From Octopus vulgaris (lineage: Eukaryota), in NCBI GenBank assembly GCA_951406725.2, contig OX597828.1, positions 16,678,001 to 16,742,000 of the forward strand: DNA of 64,000 nt, given 5' to 3'. This document shows positions 26,652-41,556 of this stretch, piece after piece. Under the pieces are notes generated by a model. It was not told the DNA's origin and did not search any database. It was given only the letters and a program-made list of their open reading frames with translations. The translations under genes and the position numbers were made by a program. Position 1 is the first letter of the stretch, and each line of letters opens with the position of its first letter.

Positions 26652-27039
26652 GTGTGTGTACGTGTGTGTCTTTATCTGAGTTTTCCCTCATCACCGCTTG
26701 ACAATCGAATGTTAGTGTGTTTACGTCCCCGTTACTTAGCCTCCCCGTAACTTATCGACTTGGCAAAAGACCGTTAGAATAAATATCAGACTTTTGAAAA
26801 AATGTAAGCACTTCTGTTGATTCTTTCAACTAAAATTCCCAAAAGCGGTGCCCCACCATGGCTGCAGTTCAATGACTTCGAGAAGTAAATGACAAAAAAT
26901 TGGAGAAAGATAGTATTGGTTTCAATATACAAAAAATAATGCGTGCATGTTTGTAGTAACCTCTTGCGGAATGGAAAACAAAAGGTTGAGAACGGTGATG
27001 AGATGTAACAAGAAATATATATTTCCTTAATTATACAGT

Positions 27040-27870
27040 AGGTTTCAAATTTTGGCTCAAGGCGAGCAGTTTTGAAGGAGGGGGTAAGTCGATGACATCT
27101 ATCCAAGCGCACTACTGCTTTTAATATATCGACCTTGAAAGGATAAAAGGTATAGTCGACTTCAGCAGGGTTTGAACTCAGAAACGTAAAGACGAGCGAA
27201 ATGCCGCTATGCACTTCACCCGGCGTGCCAACAATTCTGCTAGGTTGCCACCTTTTCTGTCGTTAGGTGGCAAGCTGGCAGGAAAGGTTAGCATGCCAGG
27301 TGAAATGCGTAGTCGTATTTCGTCTGTCGTTACGTTGTGAGTTCAAATCCCGCTGAAGTCGACTTTGCCTTTCATCCTTTCGGGGTCGATTAAATAAGTA
27401 CCAGTTACGCACTGGGGTCGATATAATGGACTTAATCCGTTTGTCTGTCTTTGTTTGTCCTCTCGGTATTTAGCCCCTTGTGGGTAGTAAAGAAATAGGT
27501 ATTTCATCTGCCGCTACGTTCTGAGTTCAAATTCCGCTGAAGTCGACTTTGCCTTTCATCCTTTCGGGGGCGATTAAATAAGTACCAGTTACGCACTAGG
27601 GTCGATGTAATCGACTTCATCCCTTTGTTTGTCCTTGTTTGTACCCTCTATGTTTAGCCCCTTGAGGGCAATAAAGAAATAAGAAACGTTAGCACGCCGG
27701 GTGAAATGTTTAGCGGTATTTCGTCCGTCTTTACGTTCTGAATTCGACTTTGCCTTTCATCCTTTCGGGGTCGAGAAATTAAGTACCAGTAGCACACTGA
27801 GGTCGAGTAATCGACTGCCCCCCCCCCCCAAAAAAAAAAAATTGGCCTTTGTTCTTAGAGCAGAAAAGAA
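27040..27870. mobile_element. SINE family A cluster (one - copy, then tandem + copies)
   Basis: Central domain repeated at about 27130 (-), 27357, 27541 and 27745 (+). Confidence 0.8.
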
Positions 27871-28729
27871 TATGATGATCTTATTCATGATGATAATGAC
27901 TGATAGAATTTTTAGCTCGCTGGAGAAAATACTTAGATGCAATTGTTACAACTATACATTGTGTTCAGATCTCATCGAGACCGACCCTACTTTGCAAACT
28001 TGTGGTTGGGTCGATGCAGTAGCTATTAGTGGATGGCTAGGGGTCGATGTAATCCACTAACCACTCCTCCAAAAACTTCAGGATTTTTGCCTGGAGCAGA
28101 AAAGATTATAATTATAATTATTAGTTCTACTTTAAACAGAAAACCAAGAGGTCTTAGAAGGTGTTAGCTGATATAAATCGACCCAGTACTTGCTTTGTAA
28201 TTTAATTTATCTATCGTAGAAAATTGAAAGGCAAAAATTGAGCTCAGCGGGATTTGAACTTAGATCGTAAGAAACCAGTATAAATACGACAAATCTTTTT
28301 TACCCCGGATGCTTTAAGATATTCTACCAGATTGCCGCATTTATAACCTATTTTTCTAAAACAGGTGCAAGGTCGGCAGTTGTGAAGACGGGGTCTTACT
28401 CAATAGAGTCAACCGCAATACTTGAGTGGTACCTTATTTTAACCACCCCGGGTGAATGAAACGAGAGAGCCGGAAAAAATGTTTCCCTCAATGCATATTT
28501 TCTTTGCAACCTTTTAATGATAAAGACGATAACACGAAGAATACAAGGATGATGAACACGAAGAATACAAGGATGATGATAAAAATGATAACATTGGAGG
28601 TATTGATGTTGAAAGATGTTGATAATGATGATTAAACAGTTGCTGTTGTTGATGGTGATGATGATGATAACGGTTATGACGATGATGTTGATGACAGCAA
28701 CAACAACGATGATAATGGTGGTGGTGGTG

Positions 28730-28759
28730 GTGGGGTGATGATAGTGATGATGATGATTG

Positions 28760-28809
<50 letters not shown>

Positions 28810-28819
28810 GTGATGATGG

Positions 28820-28866
<47 letters not shown>

Positions 28867-28912
28867 GTGATGATGGTGATGATGAGGATTGTGATAATGA
28901 TGATGATTGTTG

Positions 28913-28965
<53 letters not shown>

Positions 28966-28980
28966 TTGATGATTATGGTG
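28730..28980. repeat. (GAT)n microsatellite; similar tracts at 32800-33290 and 37600-37760
   Basis: Direct reading; source of the poly-M/D/H ORFs. Confidence 0.95.
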
Positions 28981-29383
28981 TTGAAGATAATGCTCATCGA
29001 AAAAAGAAACAATAAAATCCTAATGTATTTCAAAAACGGCAATACAGAAAAATGACAGACAGAAACAAAATGAAGTCAACGAAATTAAAGACAAAACGAA
29101 ACGAAAAAAATAAAAACATGAAAACAAAACAAGAACAAGAAGAAAGTAAACTACTCCCCCTTTCCCGAAAATCAATGACTCCCCCCCCAAAAAAAAACAC
29201 CTATCGATATATTGATATCTGTTGGTGATGTTGCAGTAATATGTAAGAAAAAGAAATTGAAAAAAGAATGTAAACGCCACAATAGTTATAACAAAATATC
29301 CTTCCGTTTGAACAAAGCTGTGTTGATATATTTTTTAGGAAGGCTGAGGTGGAGGCACTTGTATGGTTGTATATGTGTATGCA

Positions 29384-29414
<31 letters not shown>

Positions 29415-29570
29415 TTGTGTGTATATGCGTGTGTGTGTTTGTGTGTGTATGCGTGTATGGGTGTGTGTGTGTGTGTGTGTTTGTTTCAGTGTGTGTTTGT
29501 GCGCGCGTGTGTTTGCACTTGCTGCTCACAGTCACTTTCCAATTGGAATGCAAGTGCTATTTTGTCTGTC

Positions 29571-29619
<49 letters not shown>

Positions 29620-29695
29620 CACATACATATATATGCGTATATTTATATATATATATATATATATATATAAACACACACACACATATATATATTTG

Positions 29696-29755
<60 letters not shown>

Positions 29756-30007
29756 GTGTGTGCGTGTGCGTGTGTGTGTGTATCTCCCTCACTCTCTCTC
29801 TCTCTCTCTCTCTCGCTCTGTCTATGTATCTATTTATCTATCTGTCTCTCGATATGTACGTCTGCATTTATGTACGCAACCAAACATATGTGAGCATATT
29901 TCGTTATGCATCATACTTCTATATACATTCATACATATATTTGTGTGTGTGTGTGAACATACATGTATATATGTATGTATATGTATATATACATATACAT
30001 ACATATA

Positions 30008-30169
<162 letters not shown>

Positions 30170-30589
30170 TATACATACATATATTTGTGCCCGTGTGTGT
30201 TGTGTCTGTGTGTGAGCGTGTTTATATGTATGTATGTATGTATGTGTTCTACAGGATACATTTTTGCTTTTTTTGGTTCAGAAGGCGGTATAGTTTGCAT
30301 TTCTCATTTTTCGAGCTAAATTATTGGCGGTTCACCCATATGGGATCAGATATCGGGTGGAGGTGGAATGAGGTTGATACAGGGGTGGGATGTCGTGTTG
30401 CAAAGCAATAAGAAATTTACAATATAACAGGACAAGATTATTGAAATACCTTCAGAGTTTTTTTTTTGTATTTTCTGATTGAATGCGTTTTGCAACAAAT
30501 GCACACGGATTCCACCCCACCCGTGCTTCCTTCCTCATCCCGTTGCTACTTTTCTTATCGCTCCTTTTATTTCTTTTTTTCAACTTTTA

Positions 30590-31205
30590 TCTTCCACCTC
30601 CACCTCGCCCTCCTCCTCCTCCTCTTCCTCCTTCTCTTCATCATCGTCATCACCATCTTTTTTGTTTCTCACGTTATCCTCATCAACACCAAATTCATCA
30701 GCATCATCATCATCATCGTCGTCGTCGTCACCATTATCGTCGTCGTCGTTATCATCATCATCACTATCGCCACCAACCTCCACTTCCTTTCCCCTCCTTC
30801 TCTTCCCTCCTCCTTTCCCCTCCTCTCAATCCCCTCTTCCTTTCCTCCCCTTGGCCTCCTTCTCTTGCCCTCTTGCCCTCCTCGTCTTGTCCTCCGCCCC
30901 TCCTATTTCTCTTTTATCCTCCTCCTCATCATCATCACTTTTTCTTTTTCTTCTTCTTTTTCTTCTTCTTCTTCTTCTTCCAGAGCGTCTCGAGCGTCTG
31001 AAGTGGTGGTGGTCAACGCAATCCACTATATTCCTCCTTCTTTTCCTCCTCCCCCCCTCCTCCTCCTCTGCCTCTTCCTACTTTTCCTCTTCCTCCTCTA
31101 CCTCTTCCTACTCTTCTTCTTCCACCTCTTCCTCCTCTTCTTCTTCTTCCTCCTCCGCCTCCTCCTCCTCCTCCTCCTCCACCACAACCACCACCACCTC
31201 CTCCT
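30590..31205. repeat. Polypyrimidine (CCT/CTT/CAT)n low-complexity tract
   Basis: Direct reading; source of the poly-S/L ORFs. Confidence 0.9.
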
Positions 31206-31294
31206 GCAAACACCAACCCAATACAATGTCAGAAAGCCTCATTGTTACCATAATAGCCCCCGGCAATAGAATATTAATTTTTCACATTGACACA

Positions 31295-31500
31295 TAAGCT
31301 GAGGCGGAGGGGTCAAGCTGACCATTTCTACACGTATCTCGACTATCACCCTCCACCCCGCCAATATCCCGTTAGCCATATATTGCCGCATGCTTTGCTT
31401 TGTCACCTGACCACAGCCAACCAATGGAAATCCAATAATAAGACGTGCCTTAATTTCCTGAATCTCCCAACCAATCTGTTTGGTCTTTTAGTCGCCTGAA
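31295..31500. promoter_or_regulatory. Candidate promoter/enhancer with clustered CCAAT and GC boxes
   Basis: CCAAT at 31361, 31421, 31432 and 31471 (all +), plus GAGGCGGAGG and CCACCCCGCC, in a unique island between microsatellites. Confidence 0.3.
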
Positions 31501-31633
31501 GGATCGCAATTAATGAGAAACTCCGAGTAGAGACGGAAGGAATTACCAGATTCCAACGAATAAATATAATCTACATGTTAACTTCTTTTCTCTCTGTTAC
31601 TCTCTCTTTCTCTCTCTCCTCATTCTACTTCTG

Positions 31634-31720
<87 letters not shown>

Positions 31721-31758
31721 GTATCTATCTATCTATCTGTCTATTAATCTATATATCA

Positions 31759-31836
<78 letters not shown>

Positions 31837-32934
31837 ATGTATATATACATATATACACACATATATATACATATATATATACCTCTCTGTGTCTTTTTAT
31901 TTATCTATCTATCTAACATCGTCCTCGCTCAAATATCCCTATTGATCTATAAGTATATACATAAATATAATTGTGTGTGTGTATGTGTGTGCTTGTTTAT
32001 AGTTATTGCTGGTAGGGATACTGTATTTCGTAAAGCCACCATACTATACTACCAAGTAACTGTCAGTGCTGGTGATAACTTCTATCGAAAGTCTGTAGAA
32101 GTAACTCTAAAACGTTATATATGTTTATATACGGGCACAGAAGTACATACATTGCAATGTAAGAATTGTACATGTTTAAAAATTTATCATTTTACATATT
32201 GCAAACATAGTCTTTCAGAGAACACAGCAAGTTATGTGAAATGAATACATATGCATATTATATTAGAAGATGGCAGTCCTCGGTGTATTTCGCCCAAGGC
32301 TTTGCTGTTCACGACTTTCAGTTATACATAAATACACACACACGCGTACACATGAATACATGAATGTACACACATATATATAAAACTGTCACTTCGTCAG
32401 TTTCGACGAGTGGTTCTAGTGAATCCTATCAAAATTAGAGTGGAAGTGACTGCGTACTCCACAGACACGTGTACTCTTAATGTAGTTCGTAGTTCTCAGG
32501 GCGATTCTGCGTGACAAAGCTGGTCTTTGGAATACAAGTACTACTCATTTTTGCCAGCTGAGTGTACTGGAGCAATATGAAATAAAGAGTTTTGTTCAAG
32601 GACGCAACTTGTCGCCGAGAATCGAACTGACGACCTTACGATCGTGTGGCGAATGCCCCTAACCACTCAACCATGCGCCTTCTCACATCTGTATTATTAG
32701 ACTAAGGTACCCCATAGTTGTGAAAGATTGAATGGATGGAAAAGAATTGAGGTCGTGTACGATTCCATCAATGCGAACAACGACGCTGCTGCTGCTGACG
32801 ACGATGACGATTATGCTGTTTATGATGATGATGATGACTACGACGTCGACGAATGGGATGATGCTGAAGATGATGATGAAGGTGATGGTGACGATGATGA
32901 CGATGATGATGGTGATGATTACGATGATGAAGGT

Positions 32935-32990
<56 letters not shown>

Positions 32991-33202
32991 GATGACGACG
33001 ACCACGACGTCGACGATTATGGTGATGGTGAAGATGATGATGGTGAAGGTAATGGTAATGATCATGACAATGATGATGATGATGATGATGAAGGTATAAT
33101 GATGATGATGGTGATGATGATGATGGTGATGATTACGATGATGATGATGGTGATGATGAAGATGATGACGATGATGATGGTGATGATTACGATGATGAAG
33201 GT

Positions 33203-33256
<54 letters not shown>

Positions 33257-34264
33257 TTGATGATGATGGTGATGAGGAAGATGGTGTTGGTCATGACGGT
33301 GGTGGTGCTGATGGTGACATAGATGAAGAGGTACATATACACACGCAAATACACATATGCATAGTCACTCACGCACGCACGCACACACACGCACGCACAC
33401 ACACGCGCGCATACACACGCAGGCAAGCACATACACGCACGCACCCACACGCCCCGACAAATACGAACACGTATGTCGTCTAACAATTAGGCAGCGAAAT
33501 GGCAGAATCCCTTGCACGACGGATGAAATACAATGAAACAATTGTTCAGACTCTGCTGACTGAGTTCCAATCCCATCCACGATCATTTTGCCTTCCATCC
33601 TTCCACCCCTTTTTTCTTTTAATCGTTCTTTCCTTCGTTGATACGTTCTTTTATTTTCATTCGTTCGTTCATGCCTAATTTCTTTCCTTCTTGTCTTCAT
33701 TCTCTCTTTCCTTCCTTCCTTCCTTCCTTCTTTCTCTCCTTCCCTTCGTTCCTTCGATCGTTCGTTCTTTTTTTTCGTTCGTTCTTTCGGTCTTTCGTTC
33801 TTTCTTTCCTCCCGTCCTTCCTGTCTTTCTTCCTGCCTTCCCTCCTTCTACCTGTCCCGGAATCTGTAAAATATGATGGATACTAGATCCTGCCCTGCCT
33901 GACTTTATAATAAATATTAAATGCACGTACAAGAACACATGTATACTGACATACCTATGACCACACAGATATTTGCATTCATACACACTCATATACGAAA
34001 ACGTACACAGATGTGCGCACCACAGACACACATGCACAGAGTGGCTGTGTGGTAAGTAGCTTGCTTATCACTCACATTTTCGGGTTCAGTTCCACTACAT
34101 GGCAACTTGGCAAATGTCTTCTTCTACAGTTTCGGGCCGGCCAAAGCCTTATGAGTGGATTATTAAAATTATAATTTTGGGTATCTGAGAGATACCACCA
34201 CGCTGGAAATAGCAGGCAAAACTTGACTCTCTTAGATACCCTAAATTATAAATTTAATAATAAT

Positions 34265-34497
34265 TGTTTCTTTATTACCCACAAGGGGCTAAACAAAGAG
34301 GGGACAAACAAGGGCAGACAGAGGGATTAAGTCGATTACATCGACCCCAATGCGTAACTAGTACTTAATTTATCGACCCCTAAAGGATGAAAGGCAAAGT
34401 CGACCTCGGCGGAATTTGAACTCAGAACGTAGCGGCAGACGAAATACGGCTACGCATTTCGCCCGGCGTGCTAACGTTTCTGCCAGCTCGCCGCCCT
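34265..34497 (-). mobile_element. SINE family A full copy
   Basis: Near-identical reverse complement of 19407-19637. Confidence 0.85.
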
Positions 34498-34690
34498 ATA
34501 TAATAATAATTATTACCTTTGAAAGTGTTTATTCTCATGCAGGCCACCTGATAAGATCGGTATTTAAATAACGATCTTATCCTTATTTACATACATTTAT
34601 ATATTTATTTCGTCATTATATTCACTGCGGGTTGTATTTTGACCATATATATATGTATGTATAGGTTCGTATATGTAAGTATTCGTATGT

Positions 34691-34748
<58 letters not shown>

Positions 34749-34934
34749 TAAGAGAGTAACCACTATGTGGTCGACTCTAGCACTAAAAATAGATCTGCTA
34801 GGTTTCAGCCACAAAGAATTGTTTCCGATGAAAGTTAGCAGGACTACTAGCGCAAACGAACAGGGCAAAGAAAAGTAACAAAAATGCAGATTATTAAATT
34901 ACTATCCAATTTTCTCACCCTAATTAGTTGATTG

Positions 34935-34994
<60 letters not shown>

Positions 34995-35000
34995 GACTAA

Positions 35001-35270
35001 TGGAATATACTGAGATAGCACATAAGTGCAGATATATATATATATTCATGTGCTATCTCAGTATATTCCACTCATGAAGGCAGAGCATTTCTTATGCAGA
35101 GCCAGAAATCCGGGATCTGGAATTATCCAGTAATCTTTTTAGTCCAGATTATTTTGTCCCTTTATCTTTCCTCCTGGTGCTGTATGAACATTTAATGTGG
35201 TTTTAGAGTCAAGTTTTGGCTGCTCTTTCCAGCGTGGTGGTATCTCTTAGATACCCTAAATTATAATTTC
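35001..35270 (+). mobile_element. (TA)n-flanked Penelope-like fragment with a 23-bp inverted 5' end and a mutated hammerhead (35065-35123)
   Basis: Perfect IR at 35001-35023/35048-35070. AUUCCA-CUCAUGA-A-GGC...GCC-A-GAAA-UCCGGGA-UC-UGGAAU (G5C substitution). Its 3' end recurs inverted at about 34165-34230. Confidence 0.6.
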
Positions 35271-35293
35271 ATATATATATATATATATATATA

Positions 35294-36180
35294 CTAGCTT
35301 AAGGTGACCCGCCCTACGCGCGGGTAAGAGTGTGGTTGTTACTTTCTGTTGCTTCCTTTCTGTTTTTTATCACCACGTTCTCCCTCTTTGTTTCTCTCTC
35401 CTCTCTCTCTCACTTTCCCACTCTCTTACTCTTCCTTTCTCTCGGACTCTCCTTCGCTTTCTCTTACTCTCTATCTTTCTCTATCTATCTGTCTCCCATT
35501 TATAAACAACAAAAGATCTTGAGTTAGTTGAGAAAGAAAATATTTTGATGGATCAATCATAAATATGAGGCAGTGTCAACGGAAAGGTCTGATTCAAGGC
35601 AGACAGCAAAACACTAACATTTAAAAGGGACAGACGAACTTGCGAGCTGAATAAAAAAAAATATTGGAAACCAAAGTTTGAAGGGATAAAATCTGAGGAT
35701 AGTAGAGTCACCATGGCTGGCATTTCTTAACGACGGACAGCAACGTAGTGGCAGTTTAACGGCTGGCGTAAAATTTTGAACTTGATGTAAAAGAAAATTC
35801 CTAAACACCAAGTTTTGAAGTGATTTTTCCTCACGACAGTAGACTCACCATTGAAAGTATTCAAAACTTCTTCATCATGGACGGTAACACATTGACGATT
35901 TAAAGGCTGGCACAAACTTTTTAGCCTGATTTAACAAAGAATTCCTAAACACCCGCTCCTGTAAATTTTAATCTCCTTCCAGCCCCATTTAGACCCTTTT
36001 TCACATTTTGGTTAATATAACCCGATTTCATTCGGGTCTACTCGGGCCACATTTTATAAGATGAGGAATTTTATCCTAGAGGTCACGCCTTTCATTTGAG
36101 GTAATAGTTGCCATGCAAACTCGCCGGCACTTTTAACATAGGTGTGCATATTTTCAGCCCAAACGACCACATTATGCACA

Positions 36181-36218
<38 letters not shown>

Positions 36219-36246
36219 GCATTAAATATATATATGTACATATATA

Positions 36247-36304
<58 letters not shown>

Positions 36305-36904
36305 TATATATATGCGTGTGTGTGTATACGTTATATATACTAATGTACACAAATTATATATATATATACATATATATAAATACAGATATATACACTTTCT
36401 ATGTATACATTATATATACATATTCATATACAGAACACACACGCACACACACACACACACATATAAATTAACTCAATAAATATCTGATTCATAATATTTG
36501 TTCTCATGATTGTGTGGTTGTGTTGGCGATGCTAATTCTCTCTATGAATGCAGACAGACGTAGAGAGAAAGAGTGACAGCGCTGCGAAGGCGGCAGGGGA
36601 AAGATAGTAGACGCTGTCAAGCGACGTTATAGAGAGAAAGTGATGGGAAGGGAGGAAACAGAGAAATGGAGAAAGATAGACACATAAAAGAATGAGAGTA
36701 GACTTGTCAAAGTGTGCGTTTTTGGCCCTAGCAACGACACCTTTTAAGATGGGGATCTCTAACCTAGCCCACTCGAATCCTCACCTCCTTTTACATGTCC
36801 CTGTAAATTTCGAAGTCAATCCGACGGGATCTAGCGGCCTTTAACCCGTTCTCAATGCCAAAACCAGACAAACAAATTTTTGCATTTCAGAATTATAATA
36901 TAGA
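35294..36904 (-). mobile_element. Probable non-autonomous Helitron
   Basis: The minus strand starts TCTATATTATAATTCTGAAATGCAAAAATTTGTTTGTCTG. It ends with a GC hairpin (ACCCGC/GCGGGT, 35307-35325) about 10 nt before CTAG|T. It has an internal ~140-bp tandem duplication (35700-35950). The 5' flank is T rather than the canonical A, so the two ends could belong to different copies. Confidence 0.65.
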
Positions 36905-36909
36905 AATGA

Positions 36910-36943
<34 letters not shown>

Positions 36944-36953
36944 GTATATGTAT

Positions 36954-37060
<107 letters not shown>

Positions 37061-37130
37061 CATATATATCCGTACAGAAACAACTCACGCAGACACATAG
37101 ACACGCTGCATCCCCACCTCTCTCTCACTT

Positions 37131-37163
<33 letters not shown>

Positions 37164-37629
37164 TTATCTATCTATCTATCTATCTATTCATACGCACATA
37201 TAAGTACATAAATATATATGCTCTCAGACATTCATACACGCACATACAAACACAAACACACACACAGAAGTACGCAGACATACATACACACACACACACA
37301 AACACACAAACACAGACACACACACAGACACACTTACACTTACACACACAAACACACACGCGCACACAAACACACACATGCAAACACACGCACACACACT
37401 CAGAGGATAATTTTTTTTCCTGTTCCCTTTATCAGTATTCGTATCTGCAGCACGGAATATTAAAGTTGACATTCGTTAAATTAACGAACCGTATCGCTTT
37501 CTGTCTACTTCGCTTTTGCTGTCCACGGCCGCATCGTCATCACCACTGCTACCATCACCATCACAGCCATCATCATCGCCGTCATCCTTCTCGTTTCAGT
37601 CATGATGATGATGATGATGATGATCGTCG

Positions 37630-37670
<41 letters not shown>

Positions 37671-38456
37671 GTCGTCATCTTCATCGTCGTCGTCCTCGTC
37701 GTCCCCATTCTCCTCTTTCTATTTCTCCTCCTCCTCCTCCTCATCATCATCATCATTATCGTCACCGTTAATACTAGAATCTATTCACCCTCCCCCTCCC
37801 ATTCGCTATGTTTAGTGTTTGTTTTCAGCCATTGATTTACTTATGTCAGAAGCGATAAGTATTTTCCTTCTACTCCCACCACATCCCATTCCCTCACTCC
37901 TACCTCAATGTTCTTAACCTCGTTATTCTCCCGCCCCAAGTTTTTATTATAAATATCAATCATTGCAAAAAATAAAAAATAAAAAACGAGAACTAAATAA
38001 TGCTGGGTAGTTAAACTCTCATAACCAATTAGGTTGTCGGTACACAACCGAAAACGTTGTATTTTCTTTTATCAAATTTGTCTGGGGTGCGGCAAGACGG
38101 AAACAAAATCATGCCAACAGATCCCCTCCCCCTACCATAACTGGCTGTCTCAAAACTAATGACAAGTTTTGGAGTCATGAAACATTTCCTGGATAAAATC
38201 CATTCTAATATATTCTATATGGGACCTAATTCTGTCTGTCTCGCAACCATAATGATTTTGGAATTTTAAACGCATTTGCGAGACAAGGATGTCTTACATA
38301 TTCTTTGTTGATGCTCAACCCCAGCTCTCTGGAATATTAAATAATGAAAACGAGATAATCTAGAGACATGTCTGTCGAATGTATTCACATAGGAGTAATG
38401 CTCAAGTTGTCTTGAGTCTTAAGTAAAGTAAGACGATAGCTTTATCGTCTTACTTT

Positions 38457-38875
38457 CGGCGAGCTGGCAGAAATGTTAGCACGCCGGGCGACATGCGTAG
38501 CCGTATTTCGTCTGCCGTTACGTTCTGAATTCAAATTCAGCCGAGGTCGACTTTGCCTTTCACCCTTTCGGGGTCGATAAATTAAGTACTAGTTACGCAC
38601 TGGGGTCGATGTAATCAACTCAATCCGTTTGTCTCTCCTTGTTTGTCCCCTCTATATTTAGCCCCATGTGGGTAATAATGAAACAGGTGTTTCGCCTGCC
38701 CTTATGTTTTGAGTTCAAATTCCGCTGAGGTCGACTTTACTTTTCATCCTTTCGGGGTCGATAAATTAAGTACCAGTTACGCACTGGAGTCAATGTAATC
38801 GACTTAATACCTTTGTCTGTCCTTGTTTGTTCCCTCTATGTTAGCCCCTTGTGGGCAATAAAGAAATAAGAAAAT
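38457..38875 (+). mobile_element. Dimeric SINE family A copy
   Basis: Head-core-tail followed by partial head-core-tail ending GGGCAATAAAGAAATAAG. Confidence 0.85.
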
Positions 38876-39537
38876 AGCTTTATGTAAGGGTAGCCCTGGG
38901 TAGGACATAAAACTTTGTCAAGTGGTGAGGTCACAGTTCGTGAGTTCTAGAGTTAGAGGCGGGAGGGGTGTGTAGAGTGTGGAGTCACTCATCAATTACT
39001 ATTGCTCCCAGGTTCGTTCCCACCAGGAACAGCAATATCTGTCAGAGTCCCACCAAAGGGTTTCATAAATTTTTATGAAGGATAAATTGAGCTTCTTAGC
39101 TGCGGTGAAAAGAACCAATCCGGGAAAAGGAAAACTCCAAAATTAATACCCTCTCCCAAAATGTCCGAAATCCAGCACAGAAGTATATGGCTCATGAAAC
39201 TGACATGGAGCACTTCCAATAGCACAGATTCATGCTAGTCATATAGTCTTCCGTTGGTCACAGTCATTTGATTGTGGCCATGCTGGAGCACCACCCTGAA
39301 GAATTTTAGCAAAAGTAAATCGACACCAGGACTTATCTTTTAAGCCTAGTACTTGTTCTATCGGCCCTTTTTGCCGAACAGGGAGGTTACAAGGACGTAA
39401 ACATACCAACACCGGTTGTCAAGCGGGGATGGGGGTTAAATGCCGGCATACAGGCACGTACATACATACATGCATACATACATACATACATATATATATA
39501 TGTATATCTATATCTATATATATACATATATACATAC

Positions 39538-39644
<107 letters not shown>

Positions 39645-40029
39645 GACGAGCTTCTTTCAGTTTCCGCCTACCAAATTCACTCACTAGACTTTCATCGGCC
39701 CGAGGCTATAGTATAAGTTACTTGCCTAAGGAGCTACGCAGTGGGACTGAATCGAGAAGCTTGTGGTTGGGAAGCAAGCTTCTTACTACACAGCCATATC
39801 TGCGCCTATTCGAGGCAACGTTTTCATACATAAATATATACACTCAAACATAGATATATACATAAATACATACACACACACACTCACACTCATATATGTA
39901 TATATACACAGAGCTATCTATATAAACATATATTTATAGTTATATATGCTTATATATATATAAACATATACATATATATATACATACATTTATGCATATG
40001 CATGTAAACATGTAAATATGCGTATAATA

Positions 40030-40437
40030 TACTCCTTTACTCTTTTACTTGTTTCAGTCATTTGACTGCGGGCATGCTGGAGCACCGCCTTTAGTCGAAT
40101 AAATCGAACCCAAGACTTATTCTTTGTAAGCCTAGTACTTATTCTATCGGTCTCTATTGCCGAACCGCTAAGTTACGGGGCCGTAAACACACCAGCATCG
40201 ATTGTCAAGCAATGTTGGGGGCAAACACAAGCACACAGACATATATACACACATACATATACATACATATATACGTCGGGCTTCTTTCAGTTTCCGTCTA
40301 CCAAATCCACTCACAAGTCTTTAGTCGGCCCGAGGCTATAGTAGAAGACACTTACCCAAGGTGCCACGCAGTGGGAATGAACCTGGAACCATGTGATTCG
40401 TAAGCAAGCTACTTACCACACAGCCACTCATGCACCT
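40030..40437 (-). mobile_element. SINE family B
   Basis: Full-length copy with a TACTCTTT-type tail. Confidence 0.85.
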
Positions 40438-41556
40438 ATATATGTATATGCGTATGTATGTGCGTATACTATGCACACATAAAGAGACAATATTTATGAA
40501 GTACATAGATAAAAATCCATGTTTACAATGGTAATATTTTTTACTCCGTAATTTGTTTCATACAAACGCAAGTAAGCAAACATTCGCTAACGCATATGGA
40601 ACAAACGCACATCCTTGCATGCACACAATATTCATTCAATACTTCGAATGTTTTCTTCAAAGACATTTGTACTACATGTTTGTAACACACACACTCATAT
40701 ACACAAACAATACACGGACAGACACTCACTAATATTATATACCCTCACAATTTATATTAAACAACGGCACTGGTTATCTCACATGTTATATATATATGAA
40801 CAATAATCGTATTAAATATTGATAATATGACAGACAAACAAACGGTAAACACATTTTTCTTATATCACACACATAATCTTTATATTATATAAATGTTATT
40901 ATCATACTAATTTTAGCAGACAGTACATATCTTTCACACAATGTTTACAAAATATTTCTATCGCTGACATAATGTTTATAAAATAAACATAAATTTTATG
41001 ATAATTTGTGTATCATACTTAAAGCAGATACATCATTAAACAGCAGTTTCCTTTCGAGATAGCGACTATTGCAGACGTATAGTGTTAAGAATTAGAGAAG
41101 TATATCAGAAGCTGCCGAAAATCGCTCGGCAGCAGAGGTGGCATTACTAAATACATATTTCTCTTTCTTTAAGCTTCATCTGTATCACGTATTCACTTGA
41201 TTGAATACACACTCATGTCACCATCAGCCAGTAGATTCAATTAAAATTCTTCATGTGCGATAGCAGCAGTATTAGATCAAAACAGCAACCTCTATATTAT
41301 ACTTAAAGCAAGTACATTATTAAAAGTCTGGTAAATTGCGGTATCCCTCTCAAGACGAATACCGCAGTTAATAAGGCTTTCGATGATGTATCTGCTTTTC
41401 ATATGTTGTGCAGATTGCTATTTTGAACTCATAGTGCTTCTATCATTCATAACGAACTAATTTTATAACAGGAGCAATATTTCTATCACATAAAGCGTGT
41501 ATGTCACAGAGAAATATTTGTATTCTCCATACAATGTTTCTTTTACTTATAAGCTA

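Noticed and set aside
30466-31297. 267-272 aa ORFs and the other poly-I/L/Y/M/H or YI/CV/TH ORFs across the window
   Set aside because: These are translations of di- and trinucleotide microsatellites.
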